Shown here: positions 13,335-26,226 of the stretch, one piece after another | Position numbering within the stretch: the first letter of the stretch is position 1 | Layout: each line of letters opens with the position of its first letter | Assembly: GCA_964016885.1 (NCBI GenBank) | Contig: CAXHJY010000044.1 | Coordinates: 2,918-66,917 of the forward strand | DNA: 64,000 nt | Direction: 5' to 3' | Source: Eledone cirrhosa | Lineage: Eukaryota | Position numbers and translations under genes: made by a program | The notes under the pieces: model-generated | Told to the model about the DNA's origin: nothing | Database searches by the model: none | What the model saw: the letters and a program-made list of their open reading frames with translations, nothing else

Positions 13335-13367
<33 letters not shown>

Positions 13368-13452
13368 TAAAAAAAAAATATATATATAGTAATAATGATA
13401 AACGTGAAGACTAAAATCCAAAGAGGGTATATATATATATATATATATATAT

Positions 13453-13858
13453 GGGATAACAAATTATCTTTAGAGGTAATCCAGTTAGAGGTTGTGAGTA
13501 CTCTGTATTGTGGATAGTTTTAACGTACGGCGTTAGAGGTTTCCTTAGTTAGGTAGCGAGTTCGCGGGAATTCCTATGCAGTCATTCTTGGAGTAATAAT
13601 AGTGACAAGATGGCGTAGGACAGAACAAAGGAGAGGCACAAAAAACAAAGAAAAGAATCCCCAGTCACTAAGAGGTCACAGAATGTGTGACGAAAGAACT
13701 TTGACAATATATAAACAACCATCTGATTGTGGAACCAACCAACCAACCGGAAATTTATAAATTCCTAAATTTATAAATTTATTATAATAAATTGAAGTGA
13801 AAGCAACTGGTGCGTGTGTTTCTTATTGGCAACATGACCCTCCCAAAGTATAACAATA
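13453..13858. mobile_element. Head-to-head chimera: family X pLTR (-, 13453-13605) plus family Y pLTR (+, 13606-13858)
   Basis: Left part matches 39701-39870 and right part matches 59178-59422; both ends lie in (TA)n. The HHR core has decayed to CUAAGA at about 13668. Confidence 0.7.
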
Positions 13859-13862
13859 TATA

Positions 13863-13942
<80 letters not shown>

Positions 13943-13950
13943 TACATATA

Positions 13951-14041
<91 letters not shown>

Positions 14042-14097
14042 TATAATATATATATATAATATATAATATATATATAATATATAATATATATATAATA

Positions 14098-14330
14098 TAT
14101 ACGATATTAATAAATGGAAACTATATTTATAAAACCATATTTATTTCATTATACATATTTGAATAATGTATAAATATTTGAATATGTATAATGAAATAAA
14201 TATGGTTTTATAAATATAGTTTCCATTTATTAATATCGTATATCTACTCCAAAAATTTGTCGAGTGCTTTATGTCGGTTATAAATATATTTACTTGTTGT
14301 ATCCCAACAACTTTAAATAGAACTTTTGCA
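14098..14330 (+). mobile_element. Short fold-back plus tail PLE element (family of 59898-60353)
   Basis: Inverted arms 14098-14160/14181-14243, then a tail to 14330. Confidence 0.75.
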
Positions 14331-14359
14331 TATATATAATATATATATATATATATAAT

Positions 14360-14393
<34 letters not shown>

Positions 14394-15099
14394 ATATATA
14401 GAAAGATTTGAATGGATACAGTTTAGTTGAAAGGAATTTATTGACACGTGTTTCTATAACAGTTACATAACCTGAAAACAGCTGCTATCTACACAGTTTT
14501 AGTTATGCAGACATTCAATATTTCAATGTTATTATTTACTGTCATTTCATCAGAATAATATTACTGAGGACCTATTTGGTTTTTATAGAGAATATTAGGA
14601 GGGAGGGGTGAAGTTGTTAGAAGAATAGTTGAGGGAGTGGTTTTTTGATAGCAGTGAGAATTTTTGGTGGCAGTGAGTAATTAGATTCCCATCTGTTGTT
14701 TTGACATTTTTATAGAATATATTATTGGTTATTTTTCTAAATCTATAGAAGGATTAGAGATAGTAAAGATATGCGTGGTTGGTTTTGTGTTTGCACTTAA
14801 TTAACATTCAGACTTAAATTTTTCTTTCAAGTGTACGTATCCTTTCACCCACGCATTCACACACAAATATATTTGCACACCTCTACAAAATACATATACT
14901 CACATTCACATATTCATACTTACATACATATACACATGCATACATATATATATACACACATGTATTCATGTACATACATACGCGTTCATGTGTATACATT
15001 TTCATACTCAACTTATCTTTATATACACACGTATAGACACACACATATATACATACATACTCTAGTCTATGTGTACACATATACATATACATACACATC

Positions 15100-15191
<92 letters not shown>

Positions 15192-15535
15192 CACTTTAAT
15201 ACATGACTACACTTATATCTAACTATACACATCAAACATATATATATATTTACTTATTTATATACATTTTCACATATATATATACATACTTATGGACGTT
15301 TTTAGACACATTCATTATCGCATATTTCCACCTATTCTCATCAGCATATCTTTCCATTATTAGTGTGGTAATTTAAGGTTATTAATATATGTTGAGAAGA
15401 GATTGTTTTTATATTTTTCTAACTAGATTGAGGTTTATATAGTTGGGGGGATGTCCCTCTTTTATGTAATATTCGGCTTGTAGTGGGAAAAAAGGGTTTT
15501 AGTTCTGTGACGGCAGAATAATGTTCGTTCAATTT

Positions 15536-15686
15536 AACCAGTGTATTACCGGTACTTTATTTTATCGACCCCGTAAGGATGAAAGGCAAAGTTAACCTCG
15601 GCAGGATTTGAACTGAGAATGGCAAGGGCCGTAACTCTATGCGTCAAAGCATGCGTCCGACCCTCTACCTATACTGCCAATCCACC
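15536..15686 (-). mobile_element. tRNA-derived Nin/Deu-like SINE
   Basis: Reverse complement of the family at 15919. Confidence 0.8.
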
Positions 15687-15703
15687 ATCAATAATATTAA
15701 TAC

Positions 15704-15911
15704 ATAAGGGAACAAAGAATCAGTGTTGCATCATATACATATTTACTTACATATTACATACGTCTACATGTTAAAACATATACGAGGAGCTTCCCATGCC
15801 AGAGTCAGGTTCGATCACTAATAGATCGTTTCTCGAGCTGATCGACATTGAAACATATGTAATATGTAATTAAATATGTATATGATGCAACATTGAATCT
15901 TTGTTTCCTTA
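15704..15911 (+). mobile_element. Fold-back pLTR fragment with a degenerate HHR (15776-15867)
   Basis: Inverted arms 15704-15760/15857-15911; ACAUAU-ACGAGGA-...-GAAAC AUAU GUA-AUAUGU. Confidence 0.55.
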
Positions 15912-15918
15912 CCGAGTA

Positions 15919-16106
15919 GTGGATTGGCAGTATCGGTAGAAGGTCGGACGCCATGCTTTGCAACAAAGAGTTACAGCCCTTTATGGTCTGAGTTCAAATC
16001 CCGCCGAGGTTAACTTTGCCTTTCATCCTTACGGGGTCGATAAAATAAAGTACCAGTAGTAAACTGATGTGATGATTGCTGGCCTTGTGCCAAAAGTAGA
16101 AACAAT

Positions 16107-16107
<1 letters not shown>
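15919..16107 (+). mobile_element. tRNA-derived Nin/Deu-like SINE
   Basis: B-box GAGTTCAAATC; GCCGAGGTTAACTTTGCCTTTCATCCTTACGGGGTCGATAAAATAAAGTACCAG. Confidence 0.85.
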
Positions 16108-16140
<33 letters not shown>

Positions 16141-16332
16141 GGTAAGTTATTCCGGGTTGAATCGAAGGTAACCACAGTAAGTAAGGTACTCAATACATAG
16201 CAGAGTATAAAAGTTTAAATATAGATGAGATTCTACAGGACTAGAACTAGTTCATTCTTTAGAAATCATCAGGAATTCCTGATGATTTCTAAAGAATGAA
16301 ATAGTTCTAGTCCTGTAGAATCTCATCTATAT
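16141..16332. mobile_element. Tail plus palindrome whose apex lies at an HHR core
   Basis: Palindrome 16218-16332 centred on CAGGAATTCCTG; right arm reads CUGAUGA-UUUCUAAAGAAU-GAAA UAGUUCUA GUC-CUGUAG. Confidence 0.7.
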
Positions 16333-16570
16333 ATAGTGTTTCCAAATTGAAGGATGAGTATTTAAACTTTATTTTATTCTGAGTTAAGACTCTATTGGTT
16401 TTTTCCCTTGGATTTCACAACATCTGTGGATAAAATCTCTGCCTTGATTTTTTTTAATTGAATTTGAATTATTTTCCCATATCTTACGTTAAATATTTTC
16501 CATTTTGACGTTATAGTCACTTATATATTATGAAATACTGTTGGCTTCTTGCTCACATTAATGTCTCTAC

Positions 16571-16609
<39 letters not shown>

Positions 16610-17135
16610 CATTTGCAACAGCACTGTATCCAATCTCATGTTACTCAGACATGAAATAAAATGAAATGTTTACACGACCCCACACATACACCGCACACAT
16701 ATCCACATCACTACCATCAATGTGTGTGATTTTGTGTATGTATGTTTACATGTGTGTGTGTTTGTATGTGTACCCGTTTATGTTGTATCATTGGGAACAT
16801 AACTTGTAGTGAATTAATAACAGGCATCTACAAATTCAAGTAGAAAAAAGGTGGAATCACATTCCAGAAATTGAACCTATATTTATTTCCTCTCAATAAC
16901 ATAATTAAGTTTAATTATTGATATTTACTAGTCACTATTAACAAATCTATATTTAAGTTTCATGTAAATTGAGTTAATCTCCCCTTTATTTGACTCTACA
17001 AAATCTACTTAGTTCTTTTGGTCCCAAGAGGCTTCTTTATAATTTAGCGCATTCCTCCTATTATCCAATTGATTATCATTTGTTTACCGTTTTCTTAACT
17101 ATAATTATATCCTTAATTTAAAATGTACTCAAAGA

Positions 17136-17167
<32 letters not shown>

Positions 17168-17773
17168 TAGTGAGAGAGAGAGATAGAGAGAAAGAGAAAG
17201 AAGGAGAAAGAGATGGAGAGAGAGACTATCTCTATATTTTCATTTCAGCTCTACCAGGTTTATTTACAATTCCAGTAGTTCATTCTATTATCCAATTACG
17301 CTGTATCTACCGTTATCTTAATTATAATTTTATCTTTAATTTAAGACCCACTCAAAGAGTGACCGTGTGTATTTATTTATTTTGATTTCACGAAGTTGGT
17401 TTACAAGTAGATTCGCTCTTTTTTTTCCATTTAATTACTCTTTATCTACTTTTGTCTTTAACTATAATGACATAACACCTATATATTATATAATTTAACC
17501 GCTCACCTGCCATGGTTAAGTCATACTTTCTGCTAACCTTAACACATGATTTCTTTTAAACCGATATTCTTTAATTTATAAATGCATGAGGTATTTTTCC
17601 TCAACACAACTTAAAATAGAATTTTTCCGAGCTTACTTTTTTAAAATCGTTCCGTTAAACTTTGTGACAGCCGTCTTTAATTTTTAAAACAAGTATTACC
17701 TATACAAGCGATTTTCTCCACATGTATTTGTATTTTTCTGTCCATCTGCCTGTCTCTCATATACATATATGTG

Positions 17774-17871
<98 letters not shown>

Positions 17872-18081
17872 AGCGCACAAGGCAAAGTCAATGGGGGAAG
17901 AAAATCAAAACAACGGAAAAACGGACTGTCCCATCTTCTCACGCAACCTCTGGAAATCACTACGGTTTCGCTACATTAAGGTAGATGCCGTTTATTCCAA
18001 TGCACATTGGGATATAACAAAACAGATAGACACAAGTTATACCTTTAGGCAAATTACACAGATATAGAGTGCGCAAGGGCT

Positions 18082-18453
18082 TGTAGCAAGAGTTGCCTCC
18101 CTTGTGACGAAAACATCACCAATAGAGTAACGCTCTCTAGACGGGAAGTAGCTGGAGTTGCTTCCCGTTGGGGTGGCAGCCCTTTTTGTCACTTCCGTTC
18201 CAGCATATATAAAGGGAATAACTTTCAGCTCTCCCTCTCATTTGCCCTTTCGGCTGCTGGCCTTTGGCCAGGCGTCTTCGGCCAGGCGCGTTCGCCTGGC
18301 AACCAAACGGTAACTAATAACTTTGCTTCATTCTTTCATCTATTCACTGACATGTCAACTATACTATTCTATATAACCACAAATTGTTTATTAAATATTA
18401 TACACACAAATCACGTCTCTGTTTATACTTATACAACCCAGTATTTTGCTATA
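18082..18453 (+). mobile_element. Solo LTR (Gypsy-like) with 4-bp TSD GGCT
   Basis: Termini TGTAGCAA...TTGCTATA, GGCT on both sides, internal TATATAAAGGG and ATTAAA. Confidence 0.75.
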
Positions 18454-20140
18454 GGCTTAACCAAAGGAGAGAAATAGTAAAACAAAAGAATAAGGACTGT
18501 AGTCCAATAGCATAGATATCACTGCTTGGACCGGTTGCATCTTAGCGTACTCAATAGGTAATGTTAAACAAACTCCCAGACTATACACATACATAGTTAT
18601 TCGCTTCAATACAACACACGTAAACGGGTACCTTCAGTAATTCCCGAACTCGAGTTTCGGCCACACTTAATGCAGCAGTAGGGTGCACTGCATTCTCTGT
18701 CCGCATATATTATGCAACAATGCATAATCGGCACATGTGACTTCATCAGCAGGTTTCGCCTAATCAATAACCAATCGATTGACAGAATGCGACTCCAGTC
18801 CGTGCCGGTTATGACTGCTTCTGACGGCCAACACAGTAAAGCGATTAGAAACTGGAGTCTCTACGCATCACAATGCTGTTCCATGATTGGCTACCGATTT
18901 ATAAATTTACGTGATGGCAGGAGACTAACATTCAAATAGCACATCCTTGGGAGATGAAAGTAATTTGGGAGGTAGTAGATATAATGTTTTTAGCGTTGAT
19001 AATGATGATGTCTTAAGTGATAGTTGATAATGATGATGTCTTAATGGTGATAGTGTCGGATTTTTGTCGTTGCTATATTGTTGTGTCGTTATTTAACCCA
19101 CGTCAGTTCTGACTGTCGAGACCTATGGTGAAAGGAATATTCCATCTATGACCAACAGGTCCTTCTTTCTTTTGTTGTATATTTGGGACGACACCATCTA
19201 ATATAACACTCGATGTTTAGGAACGTAATAGTGTAATTTAAGAAATAAATTGCTGCTGTTTGTAACAGGTCAATTGCCCATGTAGATGTTCTCATTTGTT
19301 ACATCAGCATGTCCGAAGACAGCTTAAAACGCAGTCCTGTCTACCATAATTTTAACTTCGTGATTGAGGAAAGGAATTACAAGCACAGCTTTATACATAC
19401 ATGTATGGCAATCGTTAGACGAATGTATTGACTATTTTCATATAGGCTAGAAAGTCAACGCCCTTGATGAATGGTCTAATGTAATGCCAAGTGTCAACTG
19501 AATAGCAATGTCATATAATAATCAAACAAACCAATATTTCAAACAAACGAGAGAAATAACATTTAAATACCGCAAGAAAGAAATATCCTGCCTGGTAAAT
19601 TACAGTAGCAATAAAGCTGTTGTAAAGAGGTTAATATACTGGATGTATACAAAAAAATAGTGATAACCGGTAGATTAGCTACTGTTATTAGAACAAATTC
19701 TTCTTTAGAAGATATATCGCTACATTGAATGCCAAAGATAACCCCATCAATATTAACAAACATTTCGTTGATTTGATAACCGACAAGCAACATTTCAGTA
19801 AGAAACTTTAAATAATTGAAAAATAGTGATTTTGATGATAGTAGTGCTGAAAATAAAAATTAATTTATACACACACAAAGACACAAACTCGCACACATAC
19901 ATGTTTGATTTTCAATCAATGTTTGAATGTGTTAGCGTTTAAGTCTAAGATCACGTAATACAAAAGAGTAACAAAACAATATAATAAGGTTATCACTTAT
20001 TTCTTTTTCTTGCTTTCTTAATAAAGATTTCAAATACTGATATAATAATATAACTGACAGAAATTACTGTAGTAACTAACTGACATAATGAAAATCATTT
20101 ATAGTTGGTTTGTATAGATTATAATTAGAAAGAACAAATG

Positions 20141-20225
<85 letters not shown>

Positions 20226-20630
20226 GTATGTATATATATATATATATATATAAATATGCATCTGTATGTGTATGTATATATATGTATATATAAATATGTT
20301 GGTGTATGTATATATATATATGTGTATACATACATATATATATACACATATATACATATATATATATGCATACACACATACATATATATATGCCCATATA
20401 TATATATGTATATATATATGTGCATGTATGTAAGAATTTGTGTGTTGTGTGTGTGTGTGTGTTATTAAAGTCACGACTATGTGTTTCTACTTTTCAATAG
20501 ATTTTTATCGTAATGTTTTCTAAGTTATTTGAAACACGTTAGGAATAACAAAGTTCCTAAATCTATAATTTAATTGACGTTTCTAGACATTAATGGTCTC
20601 ATTACCAAGTGTTGTTGTTGTTGCTGCTGC

Positions 20631-20722
20631 TCTTCTTCTTCTTCTTCTTCTTCTTCTTCTTCTTCTTCTTCTTCTTCTTCTTCTTCTTCTTCTTCTTCTT
20701 CTTCTTCTTCTTCTTCTTCTTC
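20631..20722. repeat. (TTC)n microsatellite, probably the 3' tail of the adjacent LINE
   Basis: Direct reading. Confidence 0.9.
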
Positions 20723-20734
20723 TCACCCTCCCCC

Positions 20735-21250
20735 TCCTCTGATCTTCGAGCTACACACTGTATTGAGTAACGTTGCATTAAAAGATCCTTCGGAGGAACC
20801 CCATTGCGACCGTTTCTATTCGTTATCGTATTCTTTTGGTCATTATCCAAGATTCATCACCATAAGTAAGGGTTGGCACGAATGCTCCTCTATTGAGTTT
20901 GTCTTTTACACTTACATTCCTTCTTCTGATGATTGAACGGTGAAGTTGGTATATTAGTTCACCTACTCCTGCAATTCTTGCATTTAATTCAATTCACCCT
21001 CTTGTCTTCCATCACTCGTGTAAACGGCTCCGAGATACATGAAATTCTCCACCTATTTCTGTGGAACTCTACTCACATGTAGACTGCACTGCGCAGGCTC
21101 CCTTGCAAGGACGAGTGTCTCAGTCTTCACAGAACTGATTTTCATTCCATGCAGTACTCGGCAACAAAGCTATCATGTGTATGTCGGGTATCACCTTCTG
21201 ACGAGTTAAGAATGAAGAATACCATGTCATCCTCAAATTCTAGCCGACTA
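20735..21250 (-). mobile_element. Decayed RTE-clade LINE 3' fragment
   Basis: Homologous to 32510-32940; QVENFMYLG and PTLTYGDESW motifs. Confidence 0.7.
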
Positions 21251-21359
21251 GGTGTTGTCGGTTTATTTCTATTGCCTTTTTTATAGTAGGAGTATGTATT
21301 TTATGATATTTAATGCGCTTTGTTCTTCTTTCTTTGCCAGCATTATGTGACTCGGGCAG

Positions 21360-21549
21360 AGGATTGGCAGTATCGGTAGAAGGTCGGACGCCATGCTTTG
21401 CAGCATAGAGTTACGGCCTTTTACGGTATGAGTTCAAATCCCGCCGAGGTTAAGTTTGTTTTTCATCCTTACAGGGTTGATAAAATAAATCACCAGTAAC
21501 GTACTGGGATAATTGCTGGCATTGTAGAAACAAAGTAGAAACAATTATA
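21360..21549 (+). mobile_element. tRNA-derived Nin/Deu-like SINE
   Basis: Match to the family at 15919. Confidence 0.85.
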
Positions 21550-21689
21550 TGACTCTCTAATCAGAATTTGAATCTTGATGTTTGACCGTCTGATATCTAA
21601 ACTATAATAAAGGAAGGTCTGCGGGATTGCGTACGGTTTATATTTTTATTTTTTTATCCCGTTTATAAATAAGTTGGATTACTTTGAAT

Positions 21690-21869
21690 AAATAATTGTT
21701 TCTACTTTTGGCACAAGGCCAGCAATTACCAGTACATTACTGGTTCTTTATTTTATCGACCCCGTAAGGATGAAAGGCAAAGTTAACCTCGGTGGGATTT
21801 GAACTCAGATTGTAAAGGGACGTAACTACTCTGGAAAGCATGTCCGACCTTTCTACCAATACTGCCAAT
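21690..21869 (-). mobile_element. tRNA-derived Nin/Deu-like SINE
   Basis: Match to the family; inverted relative to the 21360 copy about 140 nt away. Confidence 0.85.
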
Positions 21870-23329
21870 AAATAATGAATGAATATTACATAATTTATCT
21901 ACTAAATTTCGTGGTTGTTGATTAAATATATTTTGTTTATTTAAAGATTCACTTCTTTAAAATTTCTGAAATGTCAACATTTCCGCTTAAATAAACATAC
22001 TAATTTTCTCCTAATGCAGTATATATATATATCGTCTTTTTTAATGTATCATGGATTACGTTACTGATTAAATAAGACAGTGTAACGCAGTCTTCGTTCA
22101 ATTTCTATGTATTATATATTGTCAATTACGATTTTATTTGATGTATCATATCTATGTATAATATCAATATACACACTACACATGTTAGCAGAAAACCACC
22201 CGAAGGGTGGTTTTTCTGCTAGTATACCTGATAAGTCACGTGTTTATGATGTATGTATGGTGTTTGTGTGGTTAGTATTGTACTGTATATTGATCTTGTC
22301 ATTATATTGCGATATATGTAACCAAGCATTATATGGATTTAAACATAAATACAATATAGCTCACACTTCAGAAACGAGGGCCATTAAAACTATACAAATT
22401 AAGGCTAACTAAAAAATCCAAATTCGAGGCCTTCACGCTCCTGTTAGAAGAGCCCCTACCTAGGTTAACCTCAACTACTTTCTATCTCTGGCTATAGTGG
22501 GCCATGTGAGGCTGAGGTATCATGTCAGATCGTCGCGCCATCTTACTCTTGACAACTTTCTAGTACTTTTCCACTACACAATCTACAGGTAACGTATACT
22601 ATATGAATCGAAAGCATACAAACTACAAAACGAATACAATATCAAATATCTCACAAAATTGAACACATAGTTATTACACCAAACCATAAATTAGCACTAA
22701 TAATATACAACAACAACTTTAAGATAAAAATTCTCCTAAATAACTACAAACCATAGGCATGAAAACCTGAAATCAGGCTACACATAAACAATGCAATTTA
22801 CAAGCCTGACTGCAAAAATGAAAGTTGTAAACCTAATGAAACCAATTATTATATCGGACATACAAGTACAATCCTCTCTCGGAGACTTAGCTTGCATTTA
22901 CAACAAGGTGTAATTGCAACACATTACACTACACATCACAAAATAAGGGTAGATAGGTGGCCATTAACGGACAGTACATCTATATTATACAGAATTCCGA
23001 ACAAAAATAGGTGTTTACTCATGGAAGCGATATTTATATCATGATATAATACAAGGATCGAAGATGAATTATACTATGCAATACTCTAATCAACTCTACT
23101 ACAGTATATTATACTATACTATACTATACTATACTATACTATACTATACTATACATGTATATCTTGGGAAGACGGTGAGATTGATCTAGGATATCGAGAC
23201 CAGAAATAGGTGGTGGTATAACCAATATCTATTATTCAATATAGCGATCTATCATGATCAATCAACTCCCTGAAACGATCGTAAAATAATGAACTAATTA
23301 AGAACCTCTCTTCGCATTTTTGTTTTATT

Positions 23330-23528
23330 TATTATAAAGAGTCGCGACCCGAGGGCTGAGCTCTTGCCCTTTCAACAACGTGTTCCAGACTCTAGAACTA
23401 GCTATTGAAACAACAAGAGATCAGCCGTCGGGTCTCGACTCTTTATAATATAACTATACACTTCTACCCCAAGTATCGAGTACTCTGTTGAGTAATGGTC
23501 TAACTAGTTTCAAATTGAATCCATCCTG

Positions 23529-23532
<4 letters not shown>
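23330..23532 (+). mobile_element. Fold-back plus tail PLE-type element
   Basis: Arms ATTATAAAGAGTCGCGACCCGAGGGCTGA / TCAGCCGTCGGGTCTCGACTCTTTATAAT; tail contains CTACCCCAAGTATCGAGTACT. Confidence 0.55.
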
Positions 23533-23620
<88 letters not shown>

Positions 23621-23632
23621 ACATATATATAT

Positions 23633-23841
23633 AGCTATGTATCTATCTAAAAAGACAGACTAAGAAAGACAGAGAAATCGCTAACCGGCGCCTAATGCTG
23701 TCCCTAGGGCATTGAAAATTTGAAATATTTTTTGTTCAAAACACTCACACGACCATAAGTATTACATGTGTCAAGTTTGGGGTGGCTCTCGAGTTTTAGA
23801 GAGTCAGACAGTCAGATATTTTCTGTCTTAGATATATAGAT
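23633..23841 (+). mobile_element. Non-autonomous repeat, Helentron/DINE-1-like; second copy at 38297-38503
   Basis: Two near-identical copies, inverted ends ATCTATCTAAAAAGACAG / CTGTCTTAGATATATAGAT, and a CAGA repeat near the 3' end. Confidence 0.5.
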
Positions 23842-23904
23842 ATTGCTTCTCTGAAACATTTCGTTCATTGAGATGTTTGGGTAATAGGGACGAATCGACC
23901 TTTA

Positions 23905-24435
23905 ATTAACTAAGATTGGGAATACGGAAGATGATGTGATTGAAAGGAAGAACAAAGCCTGGGCGGCGTACCACAGCTTGAGATCAGTGTGGAAGTCGGA
24001 CCTTCGTGAGACCTGAAGATCCGCCTCTTCATTGTTGTAGTGAAGTCTGTGCTGCTGTATGGGTCTGAGACTTGGACACTGACCAATAAACTCTCTCAGA
24101 TGGTGGATGGGTACTACACGAGAAGGCTGAGTATGGCTCTGAACATTAATCAGTATACACTGAGAATAAAAAACTCAGAGCTGTATGGGAGCCTCCCAAA
24201 AATCAGCTCAAAAGTGACACTGAGGAGACTGAGGTTAGCTGGACATGCTCACTGACATCCAGAGTTGACACTGCCCTCAGTGCTCCTGTGGAAGAGGAAG
24301 ACCAAGGTTAACGTATGTTGATGCCCTAAGGACAGACACTGGTCTGTTGGAGACGCAGGACATGGCAGCGATAATGAGGGACAGAGACCGCTGGAGAGAA
24401 CTCGTCCATGGATCTCGGAAATTTTACCCGCCCTA
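23905..24435 (+). mobile_element. RTE/RTEX LINE 3' fragment
   Basis: KIRLF...VKSVLLYGSETWTLT...RRLRLAGHAH...DRDRWR; homologous to 37377-37700. Confidence 0.85.
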
Positions 24436-24443
24436 GATAGATA

Positions 24444-24494
<51 letters not shown>

Positions 24495-24499
24495 CATAA

Positions 24500-24658
24500 C
24501 AGTAATAAATGAGAAGACTAAAATCTTATGAGGGCTCGATAAGGATAATATATATATCAAATATATAAAAAAACATAGAGCAAATATTTATTAAAATAAC
24601 AGATTAAAGTTAAGGGTGAAAGCAGCAATACTTTGCTTAAACTTTAATCTGTTATTTT

Positions 24659-24662
<4 letters not shown>
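24500..24662. mobile_element. pLTR tail plus short fold-back (family of 44640-44770 and 58632-58854)
   Basis: GAAGACTAAAATC...GGGCTCGATAAGGATA and the TAAAATAACAGATTAAAGT inverted repeat are shared. Confidence 0.65.
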
Positions 24663-24691
<29 letters not shown>

Positions 24692-24725
24692 TAGGAATGT
24701 GTGTGTGTGTGTGTTAAGATAACCC

Positions 24726-24793
24726 CTCTATCTGATGAACGAACTAGACGTTTGTTAATATTGTCTAGGGTCCTGAAACCTTTGGTAATGGAG
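24726..24793 (+). ncRNA. Type-I hammerhead ribozyme
   Basis: CUCUAU-CUGAUGA-ACGAA CUAGAC...GUCUAG GGUCCU-GAAAC CUUUG GUA-AUGGAG. Confidence 0.75.
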
Positions 24794-24825
24794 TAGTTAT
24801 ATATTGTGTTGTTCACTTTCTAATC

Positions 24826-25477
<652 letters not shown>

Positions 25478-26049
25478 ACAATACATGCGTATATGGTGTT
25501 TATATGAAATTACTGGTGACATAAATGTCTGAGTCCTTTCCCAAAACATCATCGATTACGGGAGGCTTTTTGCTGCGCTATTCTCACTAAAAAATAAAAG
25601 AAAAAGGTAAGACGTAGAGATAAGAACATTGTCAATCAGATTTACCAAAGTCGATGCTAAACCACGTTAAATTGATTTGCTTTCCTAAATCCTGCCATCT
25701 CAAACTCCGGGTGCACGAAATGATTTAGCCGTTGTGTTATTGATGGAAATACATTGGTACACGGAATAAATATATCACATGGTATTTTGTACTTGCTTCT
25801 GTCTATTTGTGTGCGTGTGTGTGTATATCTGTGTGACTGCTTAGTGTGTTCATGTGGTTGAATACATTGTCAGATAGGGTATTAGATTGAAATAACGGGA
25901 TATGAGCTACTGTGCTTATGTTTGTGTTTGCTTGTATGCATACACACACACACATATAGAGATAAATATATATAATAGATAAAAATCGAAGTTGTAGCAG
26001 CAATATAGCAGATATCATTCGAATTGTTTGAGGCATATCTATGTATATA

Positions 26050-26208
26050 TATTGTTATACTTTGGGAGGGTCATGTTGCCAATAAGAAACACACGCACCT
26101 GGTGCATGTGTTTCTTATTGGCAACATGACCCTCCCAAAGTATAACAATATCGGTTTCAACACACGATTTCAGATAAAGAATCTTGCTAAACAAATTCAG
26201 AAACGAAA
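26050..26208 (+). mobile_element. Family Y short fold-back (26050-26150) plus tail
   Basis: About 100-nt palindrome centred at about 26100; tail near-identical to 59423-59480. Confidence 0.75.
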
Positions 26209-26226
26209 TATATATATATATATATA

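Noticed and set aside
14500-14560. CUGAUGA...GAAA on the minus strand
   Set aside because: Stem II is plausible but stem I does not pair in register, so it was not counted as an HHR.
19570-19806. Possible minus-strand exon (AG...GT bounded, open frame)
   Set aside because: The translation resembles no known protein, and splice-like dinucleotides alone are insufficient.
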